From the NCBI GenBank assembly GCA_039794085.1, contig JBDIWC010000006.1, forward strand, positions 14,262-78,261: a stretch of 64,000 nt of DNA. Reading direction: 5' to 3'. Under the pieces are notes generated by a model. The model saw only the letters and a list, made by a program, of their open reading frames with translations, was not told the DNA's origin and did not search any database. Both the position numbers and the translations under genes were made by a program. Position 1 is the first letter of the stretch. Each line of letters starts with the position of its first letter. Source of the stretch: Gemmatimonadales bacterium. Its GTDB lineage: Bacteria; Gemmatimonadota; Gemmatimonadetes; Gemmatimonadales; GWC2-71-9. Positions 7,995 to 17,588 of this stretch are shown in pieces.

Positions 7995-8159
7995 ACGTCG
8001 CCTTCCCCGCCGGGGCGGACGACGAGCAATGAGCAGGGTTCACTGTTCCACGTGTGGTGCGCGGAGACGGTGCCGGTCGCCGCGGGGGCGCTCATTCCTC
8101 GTTGTTCATGGATCCGGGGGAGGGGTTAGCCGTAAGGGCCGTGCGACCGGACCTCCAGG

Positions 8160-8225
8160 CGTCGTTCCCCTCTCCCACCTGTGTGAGAGAGGGGTCAGGG
8201 GGGGTCAGGGGTGAGGGCAACGACG
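8160..8225. repeat. REP-like stem-loop of the CCCCTCTCC...GAGAGGGG / GGGTCAGGGGTGAGGGC type
   Basis: CGTCGTT...AACGACG outer stem. Inner CCCCTCTC-N11-GAGAGGGG followed by GGGTCAGGGG x2. Resembles widespread intergenic REP sequences. Confidence 0.5.
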
Positions 8226-8353
8226 ACCCGGGCCAGGAGAGAGAGTCCGGGCCAATCGGTCAAGGGTGAAGCGTCTGGCCGTTTTCCACCGGGAGGGCTA
8301 ACTTGTGACAGATCGCTGACACATCATTTCCCGGTCCCCCACCAGGGAATCCC

Positions 8354-11032
8354 GTGACCACTCTGGACCGCCTGCGCGCCGCCCTGTCCGACCGCTACGC
8401 TCTCGAGCGGGAGCTCGGCGCGGGCGGCATGGCCACGGTCTATCTGGCCCGGGACCTCAAGCATGACCGCCAGGTAGCCCTCAAGGTACTGCGACCGGAA
8501 CTCGCCGCGGTCATCGGTGCCGAGCGGTTCCTCAGCGAGATCAAGACCACGGCCAACCTCCAGCACCCCCACATCCTCCCCCTGTTCGACTCCGGCACCG
8601 CCGACGGCACCGTCTTCTACGCGATGCCGTTCGTCGAGGGGGAGAGTCTCCGCGACCGGATCCAGCGGGAAAAGCAGCTCCCCGTGGCCGACGCCCTCCG
8701 GATCGCCACCGAGGTGGCGAGTGCCCTCGACTACGCGCACCGGAAGGGGATCGTCCACCGCGACATCAAGCCCGAGAACATCCTGCTCCACGATGGTCAG
8801 GCCCTCGTGGCGGATTTCGGCATCGCGCTGGCCGCCAGCCGGTCGGAGGGGGGGAGTCGGCTCACCGAAACCGGGATGTCGCTCGGGACACCCTATTACA
8901 TGAGCCCCGAGCAGGCAATGGGAGAGCGGGAGATCGACGGCCGGACCGACATCTACGCCCTGGGCTGCGTGCTGTACGAGATGCTCACGGGAGAGCCCCC
9001 GTTCACCGGTCCCACCGCCCAGGCGATCGTCGCGCGGGTGATGACCGAGTCCCCCCGCGGTATCTCGATCCAGCGCCACACCGTTCCGCCCCATGTGGAG
9101 CAGGCGATTGTGAGGGCGCTGGAAAAGCTCCCCGCCGACCGGTTCGCCACCGCCGCCGACTTCACGACGGCCCTCACCACACCGGGGTCCGGCACGGCAT
9201 CCGGGACGGGGCCGAGCGCCCTCCCCCGGGTGCGCCGTCGCCAGCGTGCCGTTCTCCTCGCGGCCGGAGCCGGATTGCTGGTGACGGGTGCACTGCTCGG
9301 AGCCCTGGTCCACCGAGGCAATGCCCCCGATCCATCCGTCACCCGGCTCACCATGCTCCTCCCCGACACCCTCGGCATCCTCCCCATCGCCACCCACCGC
9401 CTGGCGATCTCGCCGGATGGACGGCGGATAGCCTGGATCGGAGGCCCGGGCGGCCAGCCCGGCATCGTGGTGCGGGATTTCGACCAGGCCGACGCCCGCT
9501 ATCTGGCGGGAACCGAGGGAGCAAACGCGCCGTTCTTTTCCCCGGATGCCGCCACGATCGGGTTCTTCACCGGGAGAGGAGGATCGGGCAGCCTGAAGAC
9601 CATTCCGGCCACGGGCGGCGCGGTCCAGACCGTGGTGGCCAGGGGCGCCGAGCCGTGGGGCGGCGATTGGTCGGCAGACGGAATGATCTACTACACCGGA
9701 ACCGAGTCCCGGATCTTCAAGGTACCCGCCACCGGCGGCGCGGTGACCCCGGTCACGACCATCGATTCCACCCAGCCCGGCGTGACCGAGCACGACTTCG
9801 TGGACGTCCTTCCGAACGGGAAGGGAGCGGTGATGCAGCTCTGGAAGGGCAGCGTGGGGAGCAACGAGATCGGCGTTGTCTCCTTCGAGACGGGCCGGGT
9901 CACGTCGCTCGCCACAGGCACCTACCCGAGGTATCTGGCGACGGGTCATGTCCTGTTCGGAACCTCGGACGGCCGGCTCCATCTCCTCCCCTTCGACCAG
10001 GACCGGCTCGAGGCCACCGGACAACCCACCGTGGTCCTCGAAGGTGTGCCGGTGGACGGCTTCACCGGGACACTGCAGTTCGCCATCTCCGACAATGGAA
10101 CGTTTATCCATCAAACCCGCGAGGGAATGGGGCGCTTCGTGCCGTCCTGGGTCAGCCGGGATGGTTCCGCCACGGTGATTGACTCCACCTGGGAGGTGGC
10201 CGGTCTGGAGGGAATCGCGCTCTCTCCCGACGGATCCCGGGTTGCCGTCACCCAGTCTGCGACCGATGGCTCGCAGATCTGGGTCAAGACCCTCCCGCAG
10301 GGGCCATTCACACGGCTCACTTTTGCCGGCCCGGATTCGGACCGTCCGGCCTGGTCGCCGGATGGCCGGGAGGTCGGCTTTCTGAGCCGGGCCCAGTCGA
10401 CGCCGCGGGAAGCCTGGGCCCAACGCGCCGATGGGAGCGGTAACGCCAGAATCGTGGCTTTTCATGCGGAAGGCATGGACGAGTTTGACTGGTCCCGAGA
10501 TGGAGGCTGGTTCATCGGGAGAACTTTCGGCTCCGGGGCCGGCAGCAGGCGGATCCTGGCACGGGAGGCCGGCCCCGACACCACCATGCGGGTTCTGATC
10601 GAGGGCCCCGGCGACTTGTACGCCCCTTCGCTCTCTCCCGACAGCCGGTGGCTCGCCTACGTCTCGGATGAGTCGGGCCGGGCGGAGGTCTATGTGAGGC
10701 CCTTCCCCGATGTGGAGACCGCGCGATGGCAGGTGTCGGTGGATGGAGGGCTGGAGCCCCTCTGGAGCCGGACCGGAGATGAGTTGTTCTATCGGACAGA
10801 GCGCGGCGAGATGATGGCCGTCCGGGTGACGGCGGACGAGGCCTTCGCCAGTCAGTCCCCCGTCACGTTGTTCAACGATCCGACGGCCCTGACGAGTCCC
10901 TACCACCGCCAGTACGACGTCGCCGCGGACGGCCGGTTCCTCATGATCCGCTCGCTGGCCGGGAACTCGAGCCAGCTCAAGGTTGTCTTCAACTGGTTCA
11001 CCGAGATCCGGGAGAGATTCGGAGGCCGTTGA
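8354..11032 (+). CDS. Ser/Thr protein kinase fused to a TolB-like WD40 beta-propeller
   Basis: 892 aa. GAGGMATVYLA...VALK, HRDIKPENILL, DFGIA, SPEQ (Hanks motifs). One TM segment, then repeated PDG/SPDG propeller repeats. Confidence 0.9.
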   Translation: MTTLDRLRAALSDRYALERELGAGGMATVYLARDLKHDRQVALKVLRPELAAVIGAERFLSEIKTTANLQHPHILPLFDSGTADGTVFYAMPFVEGESLRDRIQREKQLPVADALRIATEVASALDYAHRKGIVHRDIKPENILLHDGQALVADFGIALAASRSEGGSRLTETGMSLGTPYYMSPEQAMGEREIDGRTDIYALGCVLYEMLTGEPPFTGPTAQAIVARVMTESPRGISIQRHTVPPHVEQAIVRALEKLPADRFATAADFTTALTTPGSGTASGTGPSALPRVRRRQRAVLLAAGAGLLVTGALLGALVHRGNAPDPSVTRLTMLLPDTLGILPIATHRLAISPDGRRIAWIGGPGGQPGIVVRDFDQADARYLAGTEGANAPFFSPDAATIGFFTGRGGSGSLKTIPATGGAVQTVVARGAEPWGGDWSADGMIYYTGTESRIFKVPATGGAVTPVTTIDSTQPGVTEHDFVDVLPNGKGAVMQLWKGSVGSNEIGVVSFETGRVTSLATGTYPRYLATGHVLFGTSDGRLHLLPFDQDRLEATGQPTVVLEGVPVDGFTGTLQFAISDNGTFIHQTREGMGRFVPSWVSRDGSATVIDSTWEVAGLEGIALSPDGSRVAVTQSATDGSQIWVKTLPQGPFTRLTFAGPDSDRPAWSPDGREVGFLSRAQSTPREAWAQRADGSGNARIVAFHAEGMDEFDWSRDGGWFIGRTFGSGAGSRRILAREAGPDTTMRVLIEGPGDLYAPSLSPDSRWLAYVSDESGRAEVYVRPFPDVETARWQVSVDGGLEPLWSRTGDELFYRTERGEMMAVRVTADEAFASQSPVTLFNDPTALTSPYHRQYDVAADGRFLMIRSLAGNSSQLKVVFNWFTEIRERFGGR

Positions 11033-11144
11033 GCGGTCCTGAGACTGGTCGGTCCTCGCCACATGAGCATGGTGGTGCCGGAGCCCGAATGGGGTCACAC
11101 AAAGGGATGTCGGAAACCCGGGATCGATGTGCTCGGTCGTGACA

Positions 11145-11200
11145 GGTGTTTCCCGGGGCTGACGCCCCTTACTCGGCCATGCGAGGTGGCTCACGCCACC
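11145..11200 (+). repeat. 56-nt REP-like double-hairpin repeat, copy 2
   Basis: GGTGTTTCCCGGGGCTGACGCCCCTTACTCGGCCATGCGAGGTGGCTCACGCCACC. About 49/56 identical to 2198-2253. Lies in a convergent intergenic gap. Confidence 0.7.
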
Positions 11201-11243
11201 CGGAGCAGGATGGGCTTTCAGGGGGTGATCATTGGTCAGGAGT

Positions 11244-14153
11244 TCATGACCCTCCCGGGGTGAGTAACAAGCTGGTGATCCGGGGCAGCAGCAGCTTGAC
11301 CACCCGCACCGGCAGCCCACTGGTGAAGCGGAACCGTTCCGCGGCGGCCCCCTCGACATAGGCCGTGGCGACCCCATAGAACCGGTCCCCGATGTAGAAC
11401 ACGAAGGTCGCGGTCCGATTCCCTTCGTTCTGGCCGGTGCCGGTCTTCCCTCCGATCACCACCACCGAGCTGTCCGCCGCCCGCACCGAGCCCCGCAGCA
11501 GTGACGCGGTGCCCGATTCGACCACGTCGGCCATGGCCATCCGGGCCACCCCCGCCACCTCCGGGGGAAGCACTCTCGTTCCGGGAAGGGTGGTGCTTCG
11601 CAGCACCACCTCGTAGGGCGTTCCCATCGCAAAGTGCAGCTCCTGTACCCTGACGACCGGATTCCGGATCCCGTCCGCCACCAGTATCCCGACCAGCTCG
11701 GCGAGCGCACCGGGCCGGTCACCCGAGCTCCCGATGGCGCTTGCGAGCGAGGGGACCATGTCCGGATAGGGATACCCGAGGCGCCGCCAGGCCGCGCGAA
11801 TCGGCGCGAAGGCGTGCCGTTCCAGAATGATCCGCAGGGCGCGATCCTGCGCGCGTCGCACCGCAGTCGTGTTCCGAAACAGCCACGCGTAAGCTTCCCG
11901 CCTCGCTTGCACTCCCGCGGTCTGAATCTGATCCAGGGTGGCCTCCGGTGTGTCGCGGAGTTGCGATACCACCCAGAGTTCGAGCGGATCCACCCCGGTC
12001 ACGAACGCCCGGTCCGCCAGGCCGAGCCCCTCCGGAAGGGCCCGGCGAATCCGCTGCGCCTCGGCTGTCGAGAGCGTATCGGGGCCGAATCGTCCGGCCA
12101 TCTCGGCCCCCAGTCCTCCGGCAGAGGTGGCGGGCGCCACCGCCAGAACCATGCGGGCCCAGCGCTGGGGAGTGACACGACCACCCAGCATCAGGGTGAA
12201 ACTGGAATCCCCACCGATGGTCCGGTGCTTCCGGTAGTATTGCGCCACCAGAGTCCGGCCTTCCGCCTCGGCAAACTGTTCCAGAAACACCCGGCGCGCG
12301 GGATGCCCCGGATCCTCCAGAAGGCCGGTCCCGTACTGTGGCAGCCGGTGCTCATGGTAGCGCACCAGATCCCGCATCAATCGGATGAAGACCAGGTTTA
12401 TTGAGTGCCGGAGACCCTCCCGCACGGTCGGCGACTGGTGGTCAAAGACACGATCAAAATTGCCGAAGACATGGACCCCACCACCGGTGAAGAAGCGCTC
12501 CGAGGGATTCGCCGAATACCTCCTTTCCATCGCGGCCTCCAGGGTCGCGCGGAGGTCCACCCCGGGGTGGGCATCCCGGAACTCGCGGGCCCACCGACTG
12601 ATCGGATCCTGTGCGGTCCGAGCCCGGGAGGTCGAGTCCAGGCCGGTTGTGTCGGAGAGTTCCGCATGCAATTCCGCAACGATTTCGAGATAGGTCACCA
12701 GGGTGCGGAGTTTTGCGGTGGACCCCAACTCGAGCCGTGCCCCGGTGTTGAGGTCGAACGGCCGATCGAGGTTGTCCACCTGCACCCGGATCGCGTTGCC
12801 GCGAGGTGTACGTTCATAGAGAACGATGCTGTAGGCCACCTGGCTCAGATCGGAGCGACCCAGCTGGCGCTCGGTGTCCAGACCCGACGTGCGCACGAAG
12901 TCGGGATCGCCCATCTGGCGGATCAGGCCGGTGGCTGCCCTCTGAGCTGACTCATCGATGGTGATGCGGGCCGTGAGATCAAACCGATCCAATTCATACA
13001 GACTGCGGGCTCCGAGGAGGGCCCGAAGGCGGGAGCGGGTGGCGTTGATCGCCTTGCGTTCCACGAACGAGACTGGGGGCGACGGGGGTGCGGTCGCGCG
13101 GACCTCGACCGTCACACCCAGCGCCCGTCGGGTCAGGAGTTCCGGCACCGTACCGGCGGTGCCGAGCAGCCGGAGGTGAGAGTCGGTAATCGCGGCGAGA
13201 GCCCTCCGCCCCTCCGCTGTCTGGAGGTAGTAGGCCGGGCGGCGCTGGGCAATCAACAACATGACGACCGCGCGATAAGCCTCGGCGGCCTCCCCCGGGA
13301 CGACGCCGGACATGGCCGCGTGCAGCCGTGCATCGGACGAATCGGCATCGAGCCCGAACCAGACGTGGAGACCATCCCGGAGTCCGATCACCTCGCCATA
13401 GCCTGGGAAAGCTCCCACGGGCAGGGCGTTCAGGTAGTCGGTGAGGATGACCCGTCGGACCTCGGTGGTCCGCGTTCCTTCCAGGTACGACCGCAGGGTG
13501 GCTGACGCCATCTGCCGCGCCTTGTCACCCGGGGTGCGGGTAATGCCACCCGGGGCATGGCGAAGCTTTTCGAGCTGCGTCGCCAGGGTGCTGGCACCGA
13601 AGCGACCACCACCACCCAGCAACTTGCCCCCGGCGAAACTTGCCACCGCCGCGACAAACCTGTCCCACTCGATCGCGGGGTTTCGGAAGGGAGACCGGTC
13701 ATCGAACAGCTCCCGGTTCTCAAGGAAAAGAAGGGTTTCGCGGACCGGTCCCGGAACTTCGTCGAAAGAGGCATAGACGTGTTCGGGAAAGTGGTTCACC
13801 GAGATCAGGGTGCCGTCTCGGCCCATCAGCCGCAGTCCCGCCTGGGTCTTCTCGCGATACGGAGGGTAGAGTCCCCAGCCGGCGATCTGGTTGAAGCGAT
13901 CGGATATCCTCGCCTGGGATGCAACCACGAATCCACGGGACTCCAGCCGGTCGACAAGCGAGGGGAGGGCCCGGTACCCCAGGCGAATGTCGAAGGGACC
14001 GTTCGGGGCACGGGCAGGGTTCGGGCTGGGTCCGGGCTCGAGGGCGTAGGAGATCCCCTGGACATACCGGGCGAGGAGCCGGGCACAGGCCCAGGCCGCC
14101 GCCTCGGAATAGACCACGACGAGCACCACGGACACCGAGACGAGTGTCCGCAC
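11244..14153 (-). CDS. Penicillin-binding-protein-like protein with GT51 transglycosylase domain
   Basis: 969 aa. N-terminal TM. FLENRELFDDRS...GASTLATQLEK (GT51-like motifs). C-terminal GGKTGTG (KTG box). Confidence 0.7.
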   Translation of the reverse strand: MRTLVSVSVVLVVVYSEAAAWACARLLARYVQGISYALEPGPSPNPARAPNGPFDIRLGYRALPSLVDRLESRGFVVASQARISDRFNQIAGWGLYPPYREKTQAGLRLMGRDGTLISVNHFPEHVYASFDEVPGPVRETLLFLENRELFDDRSPFRNPAIEWDRFVAAVASFAGGKLLGGGGRFGASTLATQLEKLRHAPGGITRTPGDKARQMASATLRSYLEGTRTTEVRRVILTDYLNALPVGAFPGYGEVIGLRDGLHVWFGLDADSSDARLHAAMSGVVPGEAAEAYRAVVMLLIAQRRPAYYLQTAEGRRALAAITDSHLRLLGTAGTVPELLTRRALGVTVEVRATAPPSPPVSFVERKAINATRSRLRALLGARSLYELDRFDLTARITIDESAQRAATGLIRQMGDPDFVRTSGLDTERQLGRSDLSQVAYSIVLYERTPRGNAIRVQVDNLDRPFDLNTGARLELGSTAKLRTLVTYLEIVAELHAELSDTTGLDSTSRARTAQDPISRWAREFRDAHPGVDLRATLEAAMERRYSANPSERFFTGGGVHVFGNFDRVFDHQSPTVREGLRHSINLVFIRLMRDLVRYHEHRLPQYGTGLLEDPGHPARRVFLEQFAEAEGRTLVAQYYRKHRTIGGDSSFTLMLGGRVTPQRWARMVLAVAPATSAGGLGAEMAGRFGPDTLSTAEAQRIRRALPEGLGLADRAFVTGVDPLELWVVSQLRDTPEATLDQIQTAGVQARREAYAWLFRNTTAVRRAQDRALRIILERHAFAPIRAAWRRLGYPYPDMVPSLASAIGSSGDRPGALAELVGILVADGIRNPVVRVQELHFAMGTPYEVVLRSTTLPGTRVLPPEVAGVARMAMADVVESGTASLLRGSVRAADSSVVVIGGKTGTGQNEGNRTATFVFYIGDRFYGVATAYVEGAAAERFRFTSGLPVRVVKLLLPRITSLLLTPGGS

Positions 14154-14547
14154 GACCCACCTCCGCCATCGAGTAAAGCGGGAGGGCGTATTGGTCCCGG
14201 GTGGGGTGGTCGGCTCCAGCGCAGCACTCTCCGTGTGACAATCCTGAGGAGGAATCTAGTCGGAAGTCAGCCGCCCTCACCGTTCCTGTCGCCAATCTGA
14301 CGAAGGCCGCTCGCGCTGATTGTGGCCGCGGGGGCGATGACTCACGATGGATCCGCGTGACAAGCCCCCTCCCCGCGGGACCACCTCAAGCCAGAGGGAT
14401 CCCCGGTACGACAGAAGAGCAAACGGTGTCCCAGCGAGGGACCGCCTCACACCAAGGGGATCCCCCCTGATCGGGTGGGAAAGGTGCGGCGCCGGGTCGC
14501 TCCTCCGGGCGCTGGCGGAACGTGCGTGGGTCTCCCGGGGCCGCACC

Positions 14548-15471
14548 TCAGGGCCGGATGAACGTCCCCTCACGAAGCTCGGAGATTGCCTGCTGGATCT
14601 CACTCCGGGTGTTCATCACGATGGGACCATGCCATGCCACAGGTTCCTGGAGGGGCCGTCCGGACACCAGCAGAAACCGGACCCCCTCCTCTCCGGCCTC
14701 GACCACGATCTCGTCACCCTCACCAAAGACAACCAGCCATCGGTTCCCCGCCCTTTCCCTGCGGACCGAGTCGTCATCCCCGGCGATCTGTTCCGTGAGG
14801 ACGCCGAACGGGTCGGAGGCATCCCGGAAGGTGGCGCTCCCCTCGAAGATGTAGGCGAAGGCGCGGCGTCTGGTGTCCACCGGGAGCCGGCGGCGGGTCC
14901 CGGCAGGTACCCACACGTCCAGGTAACCGGGATCGGCGGCGATCCCCTCGACCGGCCCCCGCCGACCCCAGAATTCACCGCAGATGACCCGCACCCGGGT
15001 GCCATCATCCTCGGTCACCTCGGGAATGTCCCGTGAGGCCACGTCCTGGTATCGGGGAACCGTCATCTTGAGGGAGGAGGGGAGATTGGCCCAGAGTTGG
15101 AATCCGTGCATCCGCCCTGTCGGATCCCCCAGGGGCATTTCATGGTGAAGGATGCCACGACCGGCGGTCATCCACTGGACATCCCCCCCACCCAGCACAC
15201 CACTGTTGCCGAGACTGTCGGCATGCTCGACCGCACCGGCCAGCACGTACGTGATGGTTTCGATGCCGCGATGCGGATGCCAGGGGAAGCCGGCGCGATA
15301 GTCGTCGGGCTGTTCGTTCCGGAAATCGTCGAAGAGGAGAAAGGGATCGGTCTCGGCGGTGTCTCCAAAGCCGAAGGCGCGCCGAAGACGTACTCCCGCC
15401 CCCTCGATGGTGGGTCGAGCCTGGGCGAGTCGTTGAACGGGACGGATGGACATCGGAACCTCCTCTCCCAT
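14548..15471 (-). CDS. Pirin family protein
   Basis: GFPWHPHRGIETITYVLAGAVEHADSLGNSG...DVQWMTAGRGILHHEMP bicupin motifs. Start could be the internal MSIRPV. Confidence 0.9.
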   Translation of the reverse strand: MGEEVPMSIRPVQRLAQARPTIEGAGVRLRRAFGFGDTAETDPFLLFDDFRNEQPDDYRAGFPWHPHRGIETITYVLAGAVEHADSLGNSGVLGGGDVQWMTAGRGILHHEMPLGDPTGRMHGFQLWANLPSSLKMTVPRYQDVASRDIPEVTEDDGTRVRVICGEFWGRRGPVEGIAADPGYLDVWVPAGTRRRLPVDTRRRAFAYIFEGSATFRDASDPFGVLTEQIAGDDDSVRRERAGNRWLVVFGEGDEIVVEAGEEGVRFLLVSGRPLQEPVAWHGPIVMNTRSEIQQAISELREGTFIRP

Positions 15472-15567
15472 CTACATTCACTCCTCCCCGGGAAATTGGC
15501 AAGCTGGCGGTGCGGGGCACCCTCCTCCATCTTCCTTCCATGCGAACCCCGCCCCCGGATTGATGTG

Positions 15568-16902
15568 ATGACACGTGCCTTCTCTCGTAACCACCGTTCC
15601 CGCCTTTTCCTTCTCGGGTTCACCGCTCTGGCCGGGTGCGGCCCCGACGCGCCCCCGCCCGAAGTGCCCATCGGAGGCCCCTCGCCCTGGCCCTCCATCC
15701 GGGAAACAAGAGTGCGTGATCTCCTCCCCTCCGCGATGAAAGCCGCGGGTGTCGACGCCTGGATCGTCCTCGTGCGCGAGAACGCCAACGATCCTCTGGC
15801 ACTTCATGTGGGAGGAGAGAACGCGGGTGCCCCCTCCGCCATTCTCTTTTTCCGGCAGGACAACGAGGTGCGGTCAACCGTGTTGAGCGGATTTGGAGAG
15901 GCGGTGGCCCTGCGCGATCTGGGCCTGCACGACTCGGTGGTGGTTTATGACCGAGGTCCCGATGCTCTGGAGTCGGCGGTGGCGGCACGGGTACGCGGCG
16001 CCGACCCCGCGACCATCGCCATCAACAGCGGTGGGACCGGAATTGCGGACGGCCTCTCGTGGACCCAGCGCACGGCGCTGGAGAGAGCCCTCGGTCCCCG
16101 ACTCTCGGCGCGCCTCGTCCCCTCGGGGCCCCTCGTCGATGCCTGGCTCGCGGTGAAGCTCCCCGCCGAGATCGCCATCCTGCGACGGGCGGCGGCCCTG
16201 ACGGAGGGTCTCGAGCGCGAGGCCTATGCCACGGTCGTCCCCGGCACCACCACCGATGCGGACCTGGCGCGTTTTCTCAAGCGACGCATGCGGGAACTCG
16301 GCGTGGAGGACGGGTGGTCCCCGGCGCAGAACCCGAACGTCAACTCGGGGCCCGATCGCGGGCATTCCCATGCCACCGAGCGCGTCATCCAGCCCGGCGA
16401 CCTCATCCAGACCGACTTCGGCATCCGGGTGCATGGCGTCTGGGTGACCGACATCCAGCGCTTCGCCTATGTGCTCCGCCCGGGGGAAACGGCCCCACCC
16501 GAGGAGGTCCAGCGGCGATGGGAAGCGGCACTGGCCGCGGGGCGCGCTGCGTTCGACGCGATGGGACCCGGGGTCACCGGGGCCCAGGTGGATTCGGCCC
16601 AGCGACTCGTGATGCAGGACACCGGCTCCCTCGCCGTTCCCTGGGGCACCGGTCACCCGGTCGGGTACTGGGCCCACGATGCGGGGCCGGGACTGAACCG
16701 GCGGGAGACCCGTCCCCTTGTGGAGGGGCAGGTGCTGGCCTTCGACAGTTTCCACGCATGGGCACTCGACGGGAGCACCACTGCGGCGTGGGGTGATGGC
16801 ACCAAGAGCTTCTCATCCGAGGAGATGGCGGTCATCACGGCGACCGGTGCCGAGTACCTTGTGGCGCCCCAGCAGGAATTGATTCTGATCAGGAGCCGGT
16901 AG
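15568..16902 (+). CDS. M24 family metallopeptidase (Xaa-Pro aminopeptidase-like) lipoprotein
   Basis: Start at MTRAFSRNHRSRLFLLGFTALAGC (lipobox). C-terminal pita-bread region DLIQTDFGIRVHGVWVTDIQR...GHPVGYWAHD. The longer ORF from 15097 overlaps pirin and was rejected. Confidence 0.75.
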   Translation: MTRAFSRNHRSRLFLLGFTALAGCGPDAPPPEVPIGGPSPWPSIRETRVRDLLPSAMKAAGVDAWIVLVRENANDPLALHVGGENAGAPSAILFFRQDNEVRSTVLSGFGEAVALRDLGLHDSVVVYDRGPDALESAVAARVRGADPATIAINSGGTGIADGLSWTQRTALERALGPRLSARLVPSGPLVDAWLAVKLPAEIAILRRAAALTEGLEREAYATVVPGTTTDADLARFLKRRMRELGVEDGWSPAQNPNVNSGPDRGHSHATERVIQPGDLIQTDFGIRVHGVWVTDIQRFAYVLRPGETAPPEEVQRRWEAALAAGRAAFDAMGPGVTGAQVDSAQRLVMQDTGSLAVPWGTGHPVGYWAHDAGPGLNRRETRPLVEGQVLAFDSFHAWALDGSTTAAWGDGTKSFSSEEMAVITATGAEYLVAPQQELILIRSR

Positions 16903-16926
16903 AGCGGTCGAATAGACAGCCGGGGG

Positions 16927-17490
16927 CTACTCGCCCCACGCGGTGCGGAAATACGCCGAGAGATCGATGCGAAGCGGAGGCACCTCTGTTTCTGGCTGCC
17001 AGGTGAGTTCCTGATCGGCGATGTCGGGATGGTCGGCCCCGGGGGTCCAGACCTCCACCAGCCGGGCATCGAGATCCACGATCCAGTACGCCGGAACGCC
17101 GGAGCGTTGATAGAGCCGACGCTTGGTGACCCGGTCATGCCGTGCGGTGGCGGGAGACAACACCTCCGCGACCAGAAGCGGAATACCATACTCGTCCCAT
17201 TCGCGCGGGGGCCGTCCCTCCACCATGCGACCCACAAAGAGATCGGGCTGGAGCAGCTGTCCGGCGTGGAAGTCGAGGTCGGCGGGAGAAATGCAGAGGC
17301 CCCCGATCCGGTGTGCACAAACATACGGGTCGATCAGGAGGAGAAGCTCCACCACGCCGCGCTGGTGGAGACCGCGAGGGCTCGGGCTCACGAGAAGCTC
17401 ACCGTCCACGAGTTCGTAGCGGTTTCCGTCGTCGGGGAGGGCGAGCACCTCCTCGCGGGTCCAGTGGCGGGCGACGGCAGGCATACCCAT
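16927..17490 (-). CDS. Uma2 (DUF820) family putative endonuclease, paralogue 1
   Basis: [38 protein letters not shown]...PDLFV...PLLVAEVLSPAT...D...K...Y...GVPAYWIVD. PD-(D/E)xK-like Uma2 signature. Confidence 0.85.
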   Translation of the reverse strand: MGMPAVARHWTREEVLALPDDGNRYELVDGELLVSPSPRGLHQRGVVELLLLIDPYVCAHRIGGLCISPADLDFHAGQLLQPDLFVGRMVEGRPPREWDEYGIPLLVAEVLSPATARHDRVTKRRLYQRSGVPAYWIVDLDARLVEVWTPGADHPDIADQELTWQPETEVPPLRIDLSAYFRTAWGE

Positions 17491-17520
17491 ACGTTACGCT
17501 CGGCGACTGAAAGGAGGCAA
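17491..17520 (-). promoter_or_regulatory. Conserved Uma2 promoter-like element (TTGCCT-N18-TAACGT) abutting the ATG
   Basis: Minus strand reads TTGCCTcctttcagtcgccgagcgTAACGT|ATGGGTATG. Same architecture upstream of all three Uma2 genes. Confidence 0.4.
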
Positions 17521-17588
17521 GGGGGCGGCATGTCCCCGAACTTCGCCCTCCCTCGCGGGGACGGATAACCCCAACGACGCGGGCCGGA

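Noticed and set aside
8324-11377. 1,017-aa ORF on the minus strand
   Set aside because: It is entirely antisense to the well-supported Ser/Thr kinase gene. The composition is R/G/P/H-rich and low-complexity with no motifs. It is a typical GC-rich shadow ORF.
14347-14470. Cluster of GGATCC sites considered as a sign of a restriction-modification-related avoidance or enrichment pattern
   Set aside because: GGATCC occurs frequently elsewhere in the window (for example at about 8111, 12311, 33193, 39001 and 41463). Only the 30-nt direct repeat itself was kept as an observation.
15097-15567. N-terminal extensions of several ORF-track entries (15097 for the M24 peptidase, 17931 for the aldolase/SDR, 23526 for the lyase, 3023 for the M49 peptidase, 40803 and 42038 for the lipoproteins, 50902/51917/53065/60482/62387 for minus-strand genes)
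   Set aside because: The extensions overlap neighbouring genes and lack homology. Internal starts coincide with signal peptides, lipoboxes, canonical N-termini (for example MCGIVGY of GlmS) or 4-nt coupling junctions.
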